Position numbers and translations under genes: made by a program. Positions 37,934 through 50,781 of a stretch of DNA of 64,000 bases are shown one piece after another; position 1 is the stretch's first letter; every line of letters starts with the position of its first letter. The notes beneath the pieces are model-generated. The model was not told the origin of the DNA. It did no database searches and saw only the letters and a list, made by a program, of their open reading frames with translations. Source of the stretch: Leucoraja ocellata (Eukaryota); NCBI GenBank assembly GCA_036785375.1, contig JAWMAR010000015.1, positions 1,798,001-1,862,000 of the forward strand, given 5' to 3'.

Positions 37934-38900
37934 TGTGGCGGCCCCTAGATATTAGGGTCATCCTTGGGTCATCCTCCTCGGCACTTGAGGGACAGGGACG
38001 AGGGACTGCCACAGTCTGGTTTCTGCTCAGGGGTTTTATAGGGAGTTTGTTTTTTCCCTTTGGTGTGAGTGGATGCTCACAACCATCATTAAAGAACCTT
38101 CGAACCTGCCTGGCGTCTGACCTTTTTCTGATCGCGTCCAGGCCACTACATTGGTGACCCCGACGTGATTTGAACACGCAGCCTTCTGAGCGCATTCACT
38201 ATACATGGATGTCAAGCGGCAGCGCCTGGTGCACTCCATCACGCTGGAGCCGGTCTCCCTCCGCGTCAGTGACCCGGTTGCATGCCCTGCTGGACCCTGT
38301 CGTCCGTGGATGCAACTTTCGCGCGCATCCTGGCGGATTACCCGGACATCCTTGAACCCCACTTCCGCTCCTCCGCCCCCAAGCACAGGGTGGAGCACCA
38401 CATTCCTACTACCAGCCCACCCGTGCACGCCCGGACAAGCTCCGTCTTGCGCCAGACAAGCTCCGTCTAGCTCGGGAGGAGTTCTGCCTGATGGATTTGA
38501 TGGGCATCGTGCACCCCTCCGATAGCCCATGGGCGTCACCGCTCTACATGGTCCCCAAGGTGGGCAGGGGCTGGCGCCCATGTGGTGATTACCGTCGCCT
38601 GAATGATGCGACCGCTGCTTACAGGTACCCGGTCCCGCACATACAGGACTTCAATGCCCGCCTGGCCGGAGCATCGGTGTTCTCCAAGGTGGACCTCGTG
38701 CGCGGGTACAACGAGATTCCTGTCCACCCCGACGATTTCCCTAAGACAGCCATTATTATACCATTTGGGCTGTTTGAATTTTTGCGGATGCCGTTCGGGT
38801 TGAAGAACGCCACGCAGGCCTTCCAGCGGCTTGTGGACTATGTGTGTGCCGTGGCCCGGACTTTGTAATCGTCTACTTGGACCACATACTCGTGGCCAGC
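37934..38900 (+). mobile_element. Defective CsRn1-like Gypsy element, copy 2, with clean 217-bp LTR (37934-38150) and extended PBS (38152-38189)
   Basis: TG...CA LTR with 8/10 inverted termini and ATTAAA; tRNA-Trp complement; RT ORF 38491..38868. Confidence 0.9.
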
Positions 38901-41900
38901 AATTGTACTTCAATCAAGTCTCCCCTCAACCTCTGATGCTCCAGGGAAAATAATCCCAGTCTATCTCTCTCCCGGTACCTGGACCCCTCTAAACCAGGTA
39001 AGTCTGAAGAAAGGTCATGATCAAAAACATCACCTATTCCTTTTCTCCAGAGATGCTACCTGACCCGCTAGGTTACTCCAGCCTTTTGTGTCTGTCTTCA
39101 CTCTCATCCAGGCGGCCCCCTCTACACCTTCTCCAAAGCCTCCAATTAATAGTTAATTAATCAAAAAAATCTAATCAGATTGGTGAAGTTTAATATTCTT
39201 GACAAAAGGATTGCCGTGTTCAACTATATCGAGCGACACAACAGACTGAAACCTGTCGGTTACTATATTTATACACCAGCCAGACCCTAATTTTTCACCT
39301 TGGTGGTTTCAATGAATTGCCTTGTATATATATATATGGCACCTGCCTCTGCTCAACCCCATTTCAATCAATCAAACCTAATATCTTATCTTCAGCTTCC
39401 TCCTTAATAAATGGGAGATGCGGAAAAACAAAATTGGAAAAAAAGCCATTTCCCCCTCCCTCGTGCCAGTGGATCAGTCGTAGCAAACCCGTCCCATCCG
39501 CCGTAAGATTCCTCATTACTGGCCCAGTGATGCATGGTGGAGGGGAACAATCTGATATTTTCTGACGGGCTGTGAATGACACCAAGAAAGATGCTATGAA
39601 CAGTTTTGACATAACCATTACGGCAAGCTCATTGGCATGACTGAAGACAGTGCCTTGGACATATATCTGGCACTATCTCTCACATCCATTGTCTGGGGAA
39701 GATTTCTTGCTGCGTGGCATCTGGATAATTTAACGAACGGTATGCAAAGTCCCGCCGATTTCGGGGGGGGGGGGGGCGAGGGAGATGGATAGATAAGGAA
39801 GTGAAGGTGTGAAAACAGGGCAAAGGGTATCTCCATTAACCTCTGCCCTGTTTTCACACCTTCAAACTTCCTCATCTATCTCCCTTCCCCCCTGACGTCA
39901 GTTTGAAGAAGGGTCTCGAGTCTCGACCCAAAACGTCGCCCGTTCCTTCTCTCCAGAGATGCTGCCTGCCCGGCTGCGTTACTCCAGCATTTTGTGTCTA
40001 TCTAAAGTTTTTGCTTGGTCTGGGTGAAACATTGCGATGTTATTAAGAAAGAAAACCGCAGCATATTTTTATGGATGACCAAGTGCTGATCAGCTGTCCA
40101 GACACCACCCCGTACACAAGCACACACCACTCAGGTACCATTCTTCAGCCGGCTTTTCAACAGTAATCATTTCCCACTCACAACATGGAGTATTACTCCC
40201 TTCTGCAGGCCGACGCCAGCTTTTTAAGGGTCATCGAATCGCGTCATTAGTCGGAAACTGTTCATTTTGTTCTCCCCAATGGTTTTCATTAAAATTCTCA
40301 GTGAGCGAGCAAGGATCCCAGCTCTGAGCTGTCAGGGCGGCCTAATTAAACATTATGAATGTGCCTTTGGTGGGGATGGAGGGAGAGGGGGAGAGGGGGG
40401 GAGAGTACATCATTAAATCGACACAGAATTCACACACAAGAACTGGCCATTCAGCCCAGCACGTCTCTGCTGGTCTTTGTGCTCCAATTATTCCCACTTC
40501 CCTCAAAGAACAAACATATAAAGCACAGCGTAGCGCAGAAACAGGCTCTTTGGCCCAAAACTGTGTTGAATATAATGATGTCAAATTAAACTTATCCCGT
40601 TGTCGGTACATGGTCCATACCCCTCCATTCCCTGCCTCATTATGTACCTAAATATCCCTTAAACATTGCTGCTGTATCTGCTCCCACCCCGGCAGCATGT
40701 TCTAGGCACCCACCACTCTCTGTGTAAAATAACTTACTTTGTCAATCTCAGGGGTGTCAGGGGTTATGAAGAGAAAGCAGGAGAATGGGGTTGAGAGGGA
40801 GAGATAGATCAGCCATGATTGAATGGCGGAGGAGATGATGGGCCAAATGGCCATAATTCTTGCTCCGATCACTTATGAATCTCTTCAAATCCTTCACTCT
40901 CTCTCACCTTAAAGTTATGCACAAGATAGACACAAAGTGCTAGAGTAACTCAGTGGATCAGACAGCATCTCTGGAGAAAAAGAATGAGTGACGTTTTGGG
41001 TCGGGACCATTCTTCAGACTCATCCTTTCTCTCCAGAGATGCTGCCTGACCCGCTGAGTTACTCCAGCACTTTGTGTCTATCTTCGGTATAAACCAGCAT
41101 CTGTAGTTCCTATCTACACAATAAAGTTATGCTCTCTGGTCTTCGACATATCCATCCTTGAAAATAAACTCTGACTCTCTACCTTATCTATGCTTTGGTT
41201 TAGTTCAGTGATACCGCGTGTAAACAGCCTCCGTGTTCGCGTTGACCATCGATCAATGTTAACTCCGTTTCACATCCTACAGACCAGGAGCAATTTAATA
41301 TGGGAGGAAACTGGAGCACCCAGAGAAAACCCACGCAGTCACAGGGAAAACATACCAACTCTGTACAGACAGCACCCATAGTCAGGATGGAACCTGGGTC
41401 TCTGACGCTGTAAAGCAGCAACTCTACCGCTGCGCCACTGATAATTTTATATACTTCCATCAGGTCTCCCTGAAGCCTTCGATGCTCCAATGAAAAGAAT
41501 CCAAGTTTGTCCGAAATTTCCTCGTAGTGAATACTCTCTAATCCTGGCCACATCCTGGTCATTTTAACAGCTTAGTTTCATTATTTTATCTCTTGTGCAC
41601 TTTTTTTTGGTTTATAGAATCATAGTGTCACACAGCATAGAAACAGGCCCTTCAGCCCAACCCATCCATGCCCACCACGCTGCCCCATCTAAGCTTAGTG
41701 GATCAGATTGACTACAGGCCACCCAGTCCGCACCGACCACCATCACCCGTACACTAGTGCTATCCTAAACACTAGGGGCAATTTACAGTAGCCAATTAAC
41801 CTCCAAACCTGCGCATCGTTAGAATGTGGGAGAAACTGGAGCACCCGGAGGAAATCCACCCGGTCGCAGGGAGAACGTACAAACTCCGTATAGACAGCAC

Positions 41901-44900
41901 TCGCAATCAGGATTGAACCCGGGTCTCTGAAGCTGTAAGACAGCAACTTTACTGCTGTGCCACCCTGCTGCCACTAAGCTAGTCCCATGTTCCTGCATTT
42001 GGCCCACATATATCTCTAAATCTTTCCTATTCATGTCCAAGTGTCAATTGGCTTCTCCTTAAATTCAACAATGTTGTTGACATCAACCAAACTTCTCTTT
42101 GCATTAGGATGTTTCTACCAGGTTTATTTTTATATCACAAGGTAAATGATCCATCTAGGGCTGATTGAAGTTCTCAATCAATTCAATCACGAGCATAGAC
42201 AATCAGATCATCATTGCCTATGGCCCACTGCGAGTCTAGAATGGGGGTTGGAGAGGAGAGTAGACCACAGGTGACATGGACCTGCGCACAATTACACCTG
42301 ATGCCTTGCTTTCTTGGACCATGTTTGGTGTGACGGTGGGATCAGGAGAGAGATGTCTGCCGACGTCCCTTTGGGAGGGCAACCCTCCGGACCAGGGGCC
42401 AATAAGGGGCATTTGATCAAAAGATTAACAAAATACAGACAGGGTTAAAAGCAGAAATGTCCACGGAGCGCTGTACAAACCGCACCAAGCATCTTTAACA
42501 ATAGACTCACATCACAACTTCTGATTAGAGCAGCATCACCTTTAATCCTGCTGAGGGCTGTCGCACTAATGACCATAATGAAACATTCTTGGTACGAGAG
42601 CCTATTCATTTATTTTCATTCCCGACAAGTGCCTACAGAGACTGGTGCTGCGAACGCAGCTACTTACTATTTCATTCCCAGCCAAATTTATGGCCTCAGT
42701 GAAAAGTGGATGCGACCCATTTAAAGCAGAACCCTCTTGTCTGCCTGCCGCAGCCTAACCGGCTCATTACAAGTGCATCAATCTTTAATCTGCAATTAAA
42801 CAATCAAGTCATTTGTAAAAGATGGATGCAAATACTGCACTTGAATCTGTCCCGAGCAATGCAACATGATGAAGAGCAAACGAGATCAATGAGAGCCAAA
42901 CGCACCCCGGCAGCCTGGTTCAAATGAAGGTGAGGAAGGGGGATTAAATATTAGAAAACAGGATCTTTTCTACCGGTGGCTTATTTTTATACCTGGTGGG
43001 ATCAGAGACTGTAAAATGGATGATTAAGGCAAAGGTTTAACCAGTGAAACAGCTGCCCAGGGAAAATGCAACATGCTGCATAACAGCTCTCGCTCTAATT
43101 AGGATGTCTGCAACCAGCGTCCCACAGATACTTTAATTGGCAAAAGGTGATGGCAAGCAGGTACTGGCGTAGTGGTCATTACCAGATAGTTTGCTGCCAT
43201 TAAGGTGCCTTAGCTCGTCAATTCCTCTTGAGCTGTTAATGTCATGCACGCCATCACGGTCAGCTCTTGGAGCGATACCTGGGACGAGTTAAAGGCTTGG
43301 GGGATGTCAAAGGGAGGGGGGGGGGGGGGGGGGGGAGGGGGGGGGGGATTGAGTGAGAAAGAGATACAAATAGGGAACAAAAGAAGGAAAGAGACAAAGA
43401 GTGAAAGAGATAGAGACGTGGGAATCATCGTGGAAGGTTGCAAGAGAAAGGAAACGATAAAGTTGCATTTGAACACCACTTCCACACACAGGGGATTTAG
43501 TTTAGTTTAGTTTAGAGATACAGCACGGGAAGAGGCTCTTCAGCCCACTGAGTCTGCCTCGACCAGCAGTCACCCCACTCTAGTTCTATGTTATCCCACT
43601 TTAGCCTACTCCACACTGGGGCCAATCTACAGAAGGTGACTGACCCACAAACATGCACGTTTTAAGGATGTGGGAGGAACCCGGAGCAAACCCACTCGGT
43701 CACAGGGAGAACGTACAAGCTCTGTGCAGACAGCGCCCACAGACAGAACTGGAGCCGGGTCTCTGGTGCTGTAAGGCGGTAATTCTACCGCTGTGCCACC
43801 GTGCCGCCCTTAAATGGTGGTTAGTCCTGGAATGTGGCACAGAAGGCCACAGATCAAATGCTGGCAAGTGGAACTAGCAGGTATAACAGTGAGCATTGAC
43901 ATGATGAGCTGAAGGGCCTGCTTTGATGCTGTACACCTGTGTGATTCTATGAATCTTGCACCCACTTGTGTGGAGTAGTTGCTGCTAACATAGAGGTCTC
44001 ACGCTGTGACCGTGATTACATTGACACCAGGGTCTGCAGGGATGTGCTGACTTGATTCAGGTCCAGGGCTTTACCACTGCTTTCTGTCAGGCTTTGTATC
44101 ACAAGCAAAACTCTGTGCAGGAGAAGGATTGGCTTGCCGCTGCAAGCATACACCTGGTGCCACCTACATGACCACATAATTTGGATCAGAGAAACATCCG
44201 TTCAGAGGGTCTAATCTTGAAGAGAAAACACACAGAAACTTTTCATGGGAATGCAGCAAATCAAAGTTTCATCAAAGGATAGAATGGCACAGCTGGTAGA
44301 GCTGCTACCTCATTGCACCAGAGTCCCGGGTTCGATCCTGACTACGGGTGCTGCCTGTATGGAGTTTGTTCGTGCTCCCCGTGACTGTGCGGGCTTTCTC
44401 CGAGAGCAACAGTTTCCTCCCACACTCCAAAGATGTACAGGTTTAGGTTATATAGCTTGGGTGAAAATTGTAAATTGTCCCTAGTGCATGGGATAGTGGG
44501 AGTGCACGGGTATCACTGGTCGTCACGGACACGGTGGGCCGAAGGGCCTGTTTCCGCACTGTATCTCTAAACTAAACTAAAGACCCGGATTCGATCCTGA
44601 CCTTGGGGACTGTCTGTGTGGAGTTTGCACGTTCTCCCTGTGACCGTGTGGGTTTCCTCCGGCGCTCACATCCCAAAGACGTGCGGGTTTGTAGGTTAAT
44701 TGGCTTCGGTAAAATTGTCCCTAGTGTGGTGAGAGTGGACAAGAAAGTGAGATTACAAAAAACAAGTGTTCAAGGTGATTGATGCTTGGCTTGTTTCCAT
44801 GCTGTATCTCTAAACTAAACTCAAATACTGCTCACAGAGTTTGGACAATAAAGATTCCCACCGACTGAGCAAGACAGTAAAGGGCCTGTCCCACTTCAGC

Positions 44901-47900
44901 GATTTTATCGGTGAATGCCGGCGACCGTCACCGTTGCAGGTCGCTGAAAAAGCGGTGACTGCACCTCCCGCACGACAATATCTACGTCACGCTACGACAA
45001 CCTACCCCTAGTCGACATCAAGCTACGGCAAGCTACTGACAACCGGCGACCCATTAGGACGTCCACCTAACCACACAGGCGACAACCCCTACGTCCGCCC
45101 GCGACAACAAGCAACGACCCTGTCAGTCGCCGGTACCTGTCGCCGGTTGACGTAGGTTGATGTAAGCAGTTGCCAATGGAATTCACGGAAGTCAACACCT
45201 GGCGACAACCAACGTCACCTGGCGACAACCTGCGACAGCACCTACGACAGGGGATGACAAGTTACGTCAAGCTCACTGTCGCCGAAAATGTTTGAACATT
45301 TCAAAATCCAGCAGCGACCAGAAAAACGTTACGACTTTTTAGGCGACTTGAGGAGACGACTCACAACCATACAGGCGTCAACCCGTGACCATGTGGCGGC
45401 AGCCTAGTCACCGAAAAAAATCGCCTAAGTGGGACAGGGGCTTTAACTCTCTTCCAAGCTCGAGTTTGAAGACAAGTTTACTGAATGCCTTCTGGAAACA
45501 ACTGCTGCAATGGGACAGTAAACTCTGAAACGACACATCTAGGGAGAGTCAAATGGAACGAATCTTCAAATGCACACTCCCCCAAATCTATCCAGGTTCT
45601 CCCATAGCCCCTGAGTAGACCGTCCCGTGGACCATCACCATTGCTGCCTTTGGACTTTATCGAGATACAGCGTGGAAGCAAGGATGAGAGGTGATCTCAT
45701 TGAAACATATAAGATTGTTAAGGGTTTGGACACGCTAGAGGCAGGAAACATATTCCCGATGTTGGGGGAGTCCAGAACTTGGGGCCACAGTTTAAGAATA
45801 AGGAATAAGCCATTTAGAATGGAGACGAGGAAACACTTTTCTCACAGAGAGTGGTGAGTCTGTGGAATTCTCTGCCTCAGAGGGCGGTGGAGGCAGGTTC
45901 TCTGGATGCTTTCAAGAGAGAGTTAGATAGGGCTCTTAAAAATAGCAGAGTTAGGGGATATGGGGAGAAGGCAGGAACGGGGTACTGATTGGGGATGATC
46001 AGCCATGATCATATTGAATGGCGGTGCTGGCTCGAAGGGCCGAATGGCCTACTCCTGCACCTATTGTCTATTGTATATTGTCGTTCAGCCCACTGAGTCT
46101 GTGCCAACCTGCAATCACCCCGTATACTAGCACTATCCTTTACACCAAGGACAATTTTACAGAAGCCAATTAACCTACAAACCTGTAGATATTTGGAGTG
46201 TGGGAGGAAACTGAAGCACCCAGAAAAAACACACACGGTTACGGGGAGACCATACAACCTCCGTACAGACAGAACCTGTAGTCAGGATCGAACCCTGGTC
46301 TCTGGAATTGTAAGGCAGCAACTCTACCGCTGCGCCACCGTGCCGCCCTTCTGTGGTGAGTTGGGTGGTGATTGTGAGCTGGTGAGCCAATAGCAATCTC
46401 TGATCTTCACAACATGTCTTAACTTTATATGGAAAACTATCGTGCGGGCCCCAGCCATTATGTCTCTTGTCATTTACATATTTACACAAATATATCACAT
46501 TACCCAGACCCTCATTGAAATGTTAATGCGAGTCTCTTGATTTTATTGGTGAAATGTGAAAGGTTAATACTCTCTGTCAATTTGAGTAAGATGATACACA
46601 ATAAAAGCTTCAAACTGAGAGAATGATCCAAGCTGACATATTACATACAACACTTTGCAATGTAACTCATATATAACAACATTGAGAAACATCAGAGAAA
46701 CATCCTTTTGAAGAGTTGTCTTTTTGAAGAGCAAAACACACATAAACTATTGTGTAGAAAGGAACTATAGGATTATAGGAATGTGATGGGTAACCTCTTC
46801 ACACCAAGGGTGGTGGGTGTATGGAATGAGCTGCCGGAGGAGGTAGTTGAGGGAGGGGCAATAGCAACGTTTAGGAAGCAATTAGACAGGTACCTGGATT
46901 GAACAGGGGCCAAACCCAGGCAAATGGAACGAGTGGAGTGCAGATGGGACATGTTGGTTGATGTGGGCAAGTTGGTACAAAGGGTTTGTTTCCACACTGT
47001 ATGACTTTATGACTGCAGATGGTTTGGTTTATACCGAATATAGACACAAAGTGCTGGAGCAACTCAGAGGGCCAGCAGCATCCCTATTGACAAAAGGCCG
47101 GGTGGAATTTCGGGTCGGAGTCCTTGTTCAGACTCTGTCTTCAGTCTCCGTCTGAAGAAAGGTTTCCGACACAGAAACTATTAAAGGGGGAGCGAAGGAA
47201 GGACAGAAATACTGCCTACAGATGTTGGACGGTAAAGATACACACCAACTGTGCGAGACAGTGACTGATCCTCTGAAGTTATTAGCGGGTCAAATCCCTA
47301 TTCCGCAAAATTATCGGAGGAAGGCAGAAGGCTCGGTACGCAGGCAGCTTCTAATCAGCTTTGATTTCTGGCGTGCGTGTAACATTAGAACGGGACCAAA
47401 TGGCGAGCAGGTGGGCTCCTGTCTCCCTCAAACCATTATGAGCTCAGGAGGTATTGATGAGGCTGTCGAGTCCGTACATTTCAGTCAAATTGCTATTCCC
47501 ACAAACCAGGCAATAATACTGAACAGCTCTTGCAAAACAAGGGGTACATTACATGGAACACAGCAGCTCAAAGAGAATGATTAAAGCTCGCTCATAAGGC
47601 TAGTACAAAGCGAAAGACCTTTATAGATCAAATTAATTTTAAACAGGCACCCATCCCTTCCCTCATGCCTTCTCGGCTCTGTGCATTAAGACAGCGCAGC
47701 AGAACACGCTGACAATAATCAACTATGCAGCAGTGACCACTTAACACATTACCTGCCTGCCTGCCTGCCAGACGCAACAGTGGACTCAGAATCCTTACGT
47801 GCAACTATAATGCTGGGTTGGGAAGGGATTATGGATGTGTCTCTTTGACACCAGGCTAATGAGAACTCGGGAGCTCTTGCAGTAAACTGTTCTCTGCAGG

Positions 47901-48919
47901 GGAACGTTAAAAAGAAAGACAGGACGGGGAAGATTTCAGCAATATTTCTTTTACCATAGCAACAGGGACTGTGGTCGGCCATTTGAATAATGTACTCCAG
48001 TAGGGGTGTAAAGGCAAGAGTTGTCCTTACATCAACTATCCCCTCTGTCAGGACGCCACTGCCTTCCTATTCTTTAAAGTTTACCCGCCCATTATGCCTC
48101 CTTGTACCGAGATGACACAATAGTGAACAGATATTTCCTTTGCGGTGAGGAATTTTCTTTGTTTTGTCAGTAAACGGAGCTGGTGTACAACTGGCAGGAA
48201 TAGATCATGTAGATGCACAGGGTCCCTTGACCTGAGTAGGGGAATCAAGGACCAGAGGACATAGGGTAATGTGAAGAGGTAACTTCTTCACACAAAGGGA
48301 GGTGGGTGTATGGAATGAGCTGCCAGATGAGTTAGTTAAGGCAGGGACTATCGCAACGTTTAAGAAACAATTAAACTGTTGCAGTATGTGGATTGGACAG
48401 GTTTGGAGATATGGGCCAAACGCAGGCAGGTTGGACTAGTGTAGCTGGGATATGTTGGCCAATGTGGGCAAGTTGGGCCATAGGGCACGTTTCCACGCGC
48501 TATGACTCGATGAAAGCTGGAGTAACTCAGCGAATCAGGCAGCATCTCAGGAGAAAAGGAATAGGTGGCGATCCGGGTCACCTATTCCTTTTCTCCACAG
48601 ATGCTGCCTGACCCACTGAGTTACTCCAGCATTTCGTGTCTATCTTCAGTGTAAACCAGCATCTGCAGTTCCTGCCTACACATTCAGGGAAAGCTGGTTG
48701 CTGGAAGCACAGCATTGGCATTGACTTCCTCCCAGTGGGTAAAGCAAACACAAGCTGCAATTCTCTCAACTCTATCTCATCCGTCTGCGAGAGGATCGAA
48801 ACAGATTGTTTTACCCAAAATCTCACCAAACCTGGCATTAAGGATGGGGCTTCAAACCACTTGGGATATGGCATTTGGCCCATATCCCTCTAAACCTGTC
48901 CTATCCATGTACCTGTCTA

Positions 48920-49235
48920 AATTAGGTTTAGTTTAGGTTAGAGATACAGCATTGAAACAGGCCCTTCGGCCCAACAAATCCGCACATGGACACTATCCTA
49001 CACTAAACTGTCCATTAACAATATCCCAGGGACAATTTTACATTTTATACCAAGCCAATTAACTACGAATCTGTACGTCTTTGGATTATGGGAAGAAGCT
49101 GATGATCTCGGAGAAAACCCACCCGGTCACGGGGAGAACGTCCAAACTCCACACAGACAGCACCCGTAGCCAGGATAGAACCCCGGGTCTCTGGCGGTGT
49201 GGGGCAGTAGCTCTACCGCTGCGCCACTGTGCTGC
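48920..49235 (-). mobile_element. V-SINE
   Basis: Tail, V-domain and head ctctaccgctgcgccact. Confidence 0.8.
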
Positions 49236-50103
49236 ATTGCTCCATATTGGTCAGCATTTTCGGGTTGGGCTAAGGAGCCTGTTTCTGTGCGATGTGACGC
49301 TACTCTGGTCCTGTTTGCCTGTGCTTGATTCATATCCTTCTAAGCATCTACTATCCACGTACTAGTATGTTAGACACTCAGAGAGTCGTTAAAGTAGAAA
49401 AATATGACTGCGGTTGTTGTGCAATTTCGAGTTGAGTTCAAGCACCTGAAGCGACAGCGAGCCTGTCAAATTGCTGCAAGAAACCGATTCAGTTACGACT
49501 GGGCTATTGATTCTGGTCCCAACCCAGAGCACTTCAATCAGACTAATTGAGCACTCTACTGTATCAAAACTCCCAAAGAGGTTCAAATAGACAGCAAACC
49601 CCTCACCTCCTCAAAACAACCCGGAATAGCAAATAAATGAGAGCAATGCAAGCACTGTCAATGTGCCACAAGTCAATTTAAGATATACTTTCAGGAGGCA
49701 GGTGCATTATGCCTTTCTCAGCGATGGCACACCACATTTCAGCCTTCAGAAGAAGAAATATCATCTATCCACGTCTCCTAGAGATGCAGCCTGACCCCAT
49801 TGAGTTACTCCAGAACTTTGTGCTTTATTTTGTAAACCAGCACCTGCAGTTCCTTGTGCTGACAAGGATTCCAGTTGACTAAGACCATGAGGTAAGATGC
49901 TGCTAGGAAGCAGGAGCTTGGGTCAGTTTCAGATGTTATACGAAGTCAGCAAAGGTTTGTTTACCCTGTCGGTAGTGATCTCAACCAAGGGAATGATTAG
50001 GAAATTGCACTGGCTTCATGCAGAATAGAAAATGAATGTGACATTCTTGATCCTGTCTGCAATCCAAGCTGAGAGATAGTATGAGCCTGGCATAATACTG
50101 GTA

Positions 50104-50255
50104 GTAAGTAAGTTTATTGGCCAAGTATTCACATACAAGGAATTTGCCTTGGTGCTCCGCCCACAAGTAACAACATGACATACAGTGACAGTTATGAGTG
50201 ACTCAGAAAACACTACACATTAATAATAATAAAACGTTAATGATAAAACACCATA
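50104..50255 (-). mobile_element. LINE 3' end with AATAAA and (CTTA)n tail, Rex1/L2-like
   Basis: Minus strand ...cttggccAATAAActtacttac. Confidence 0.5.
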
Positions 50256-50261
50256 CTAATA

Positions 50262-50781
50262 CAGGTCTATCACTGATAGTCCAGCACCTCCATTAATCCG
50301 GACAAAATTACAAGAACGCAGTTGAAATCCCCCGGTTTTCCCCCATGCTGCAAGTAAGAATTTGATTGTTTTATCTGGGCCAATAAAACATTCTTGACTC
50401 TGGAAAATGTGGCACCTCGGCTGGGTGAAGAATCCAATCTTGACCTCATTGGGGCTTCCGTGGCTGATCATTGGGCCGGATTTGTCCCCCTCCAGCAGGA
50501 TGCGGTGAATCCGTTCCCATTGCCGACTTCTGAGGCCGACATGCTTTGTGTGTGGGCTGTCCCCCCAATGCAAGATCCTCTGTACATTTATTTTACATTA
50601 GATATTTGTTTTATTTAAGTCACTGGCCGTCCACAGTGCTGCTGACACATAGGAGGGGTTTACTTAGTTGGTCAGAGGTGTATTGTTGTATCATTATCAA
50701 ATGATCTCTGTTGGTTTAGCAAAATGGATAATCTGGCAAGTCTCTAGAACCAAGGGTGAGGGAAGATGGGTGGAGGACCTG
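50262..50781. mobile_element. Tc1/pogo-like MITE, older diverged copy
   Basis: TA-CAGGTC...GACCTG-TA; shares TAATCC.GACAAAATTACAAGA.CGCA.TTGAAATCC with 4326-4679. Confidence 0.7.

Larger units (their letters stand above)
25245..47661 (+). repeat. Copy 2 of the direct duplication
   Basis: Same elements in the same order as 1-23176, without the three copy-1-specific insertions; continues into unique sequence after 47661. Confidence 0.97.
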
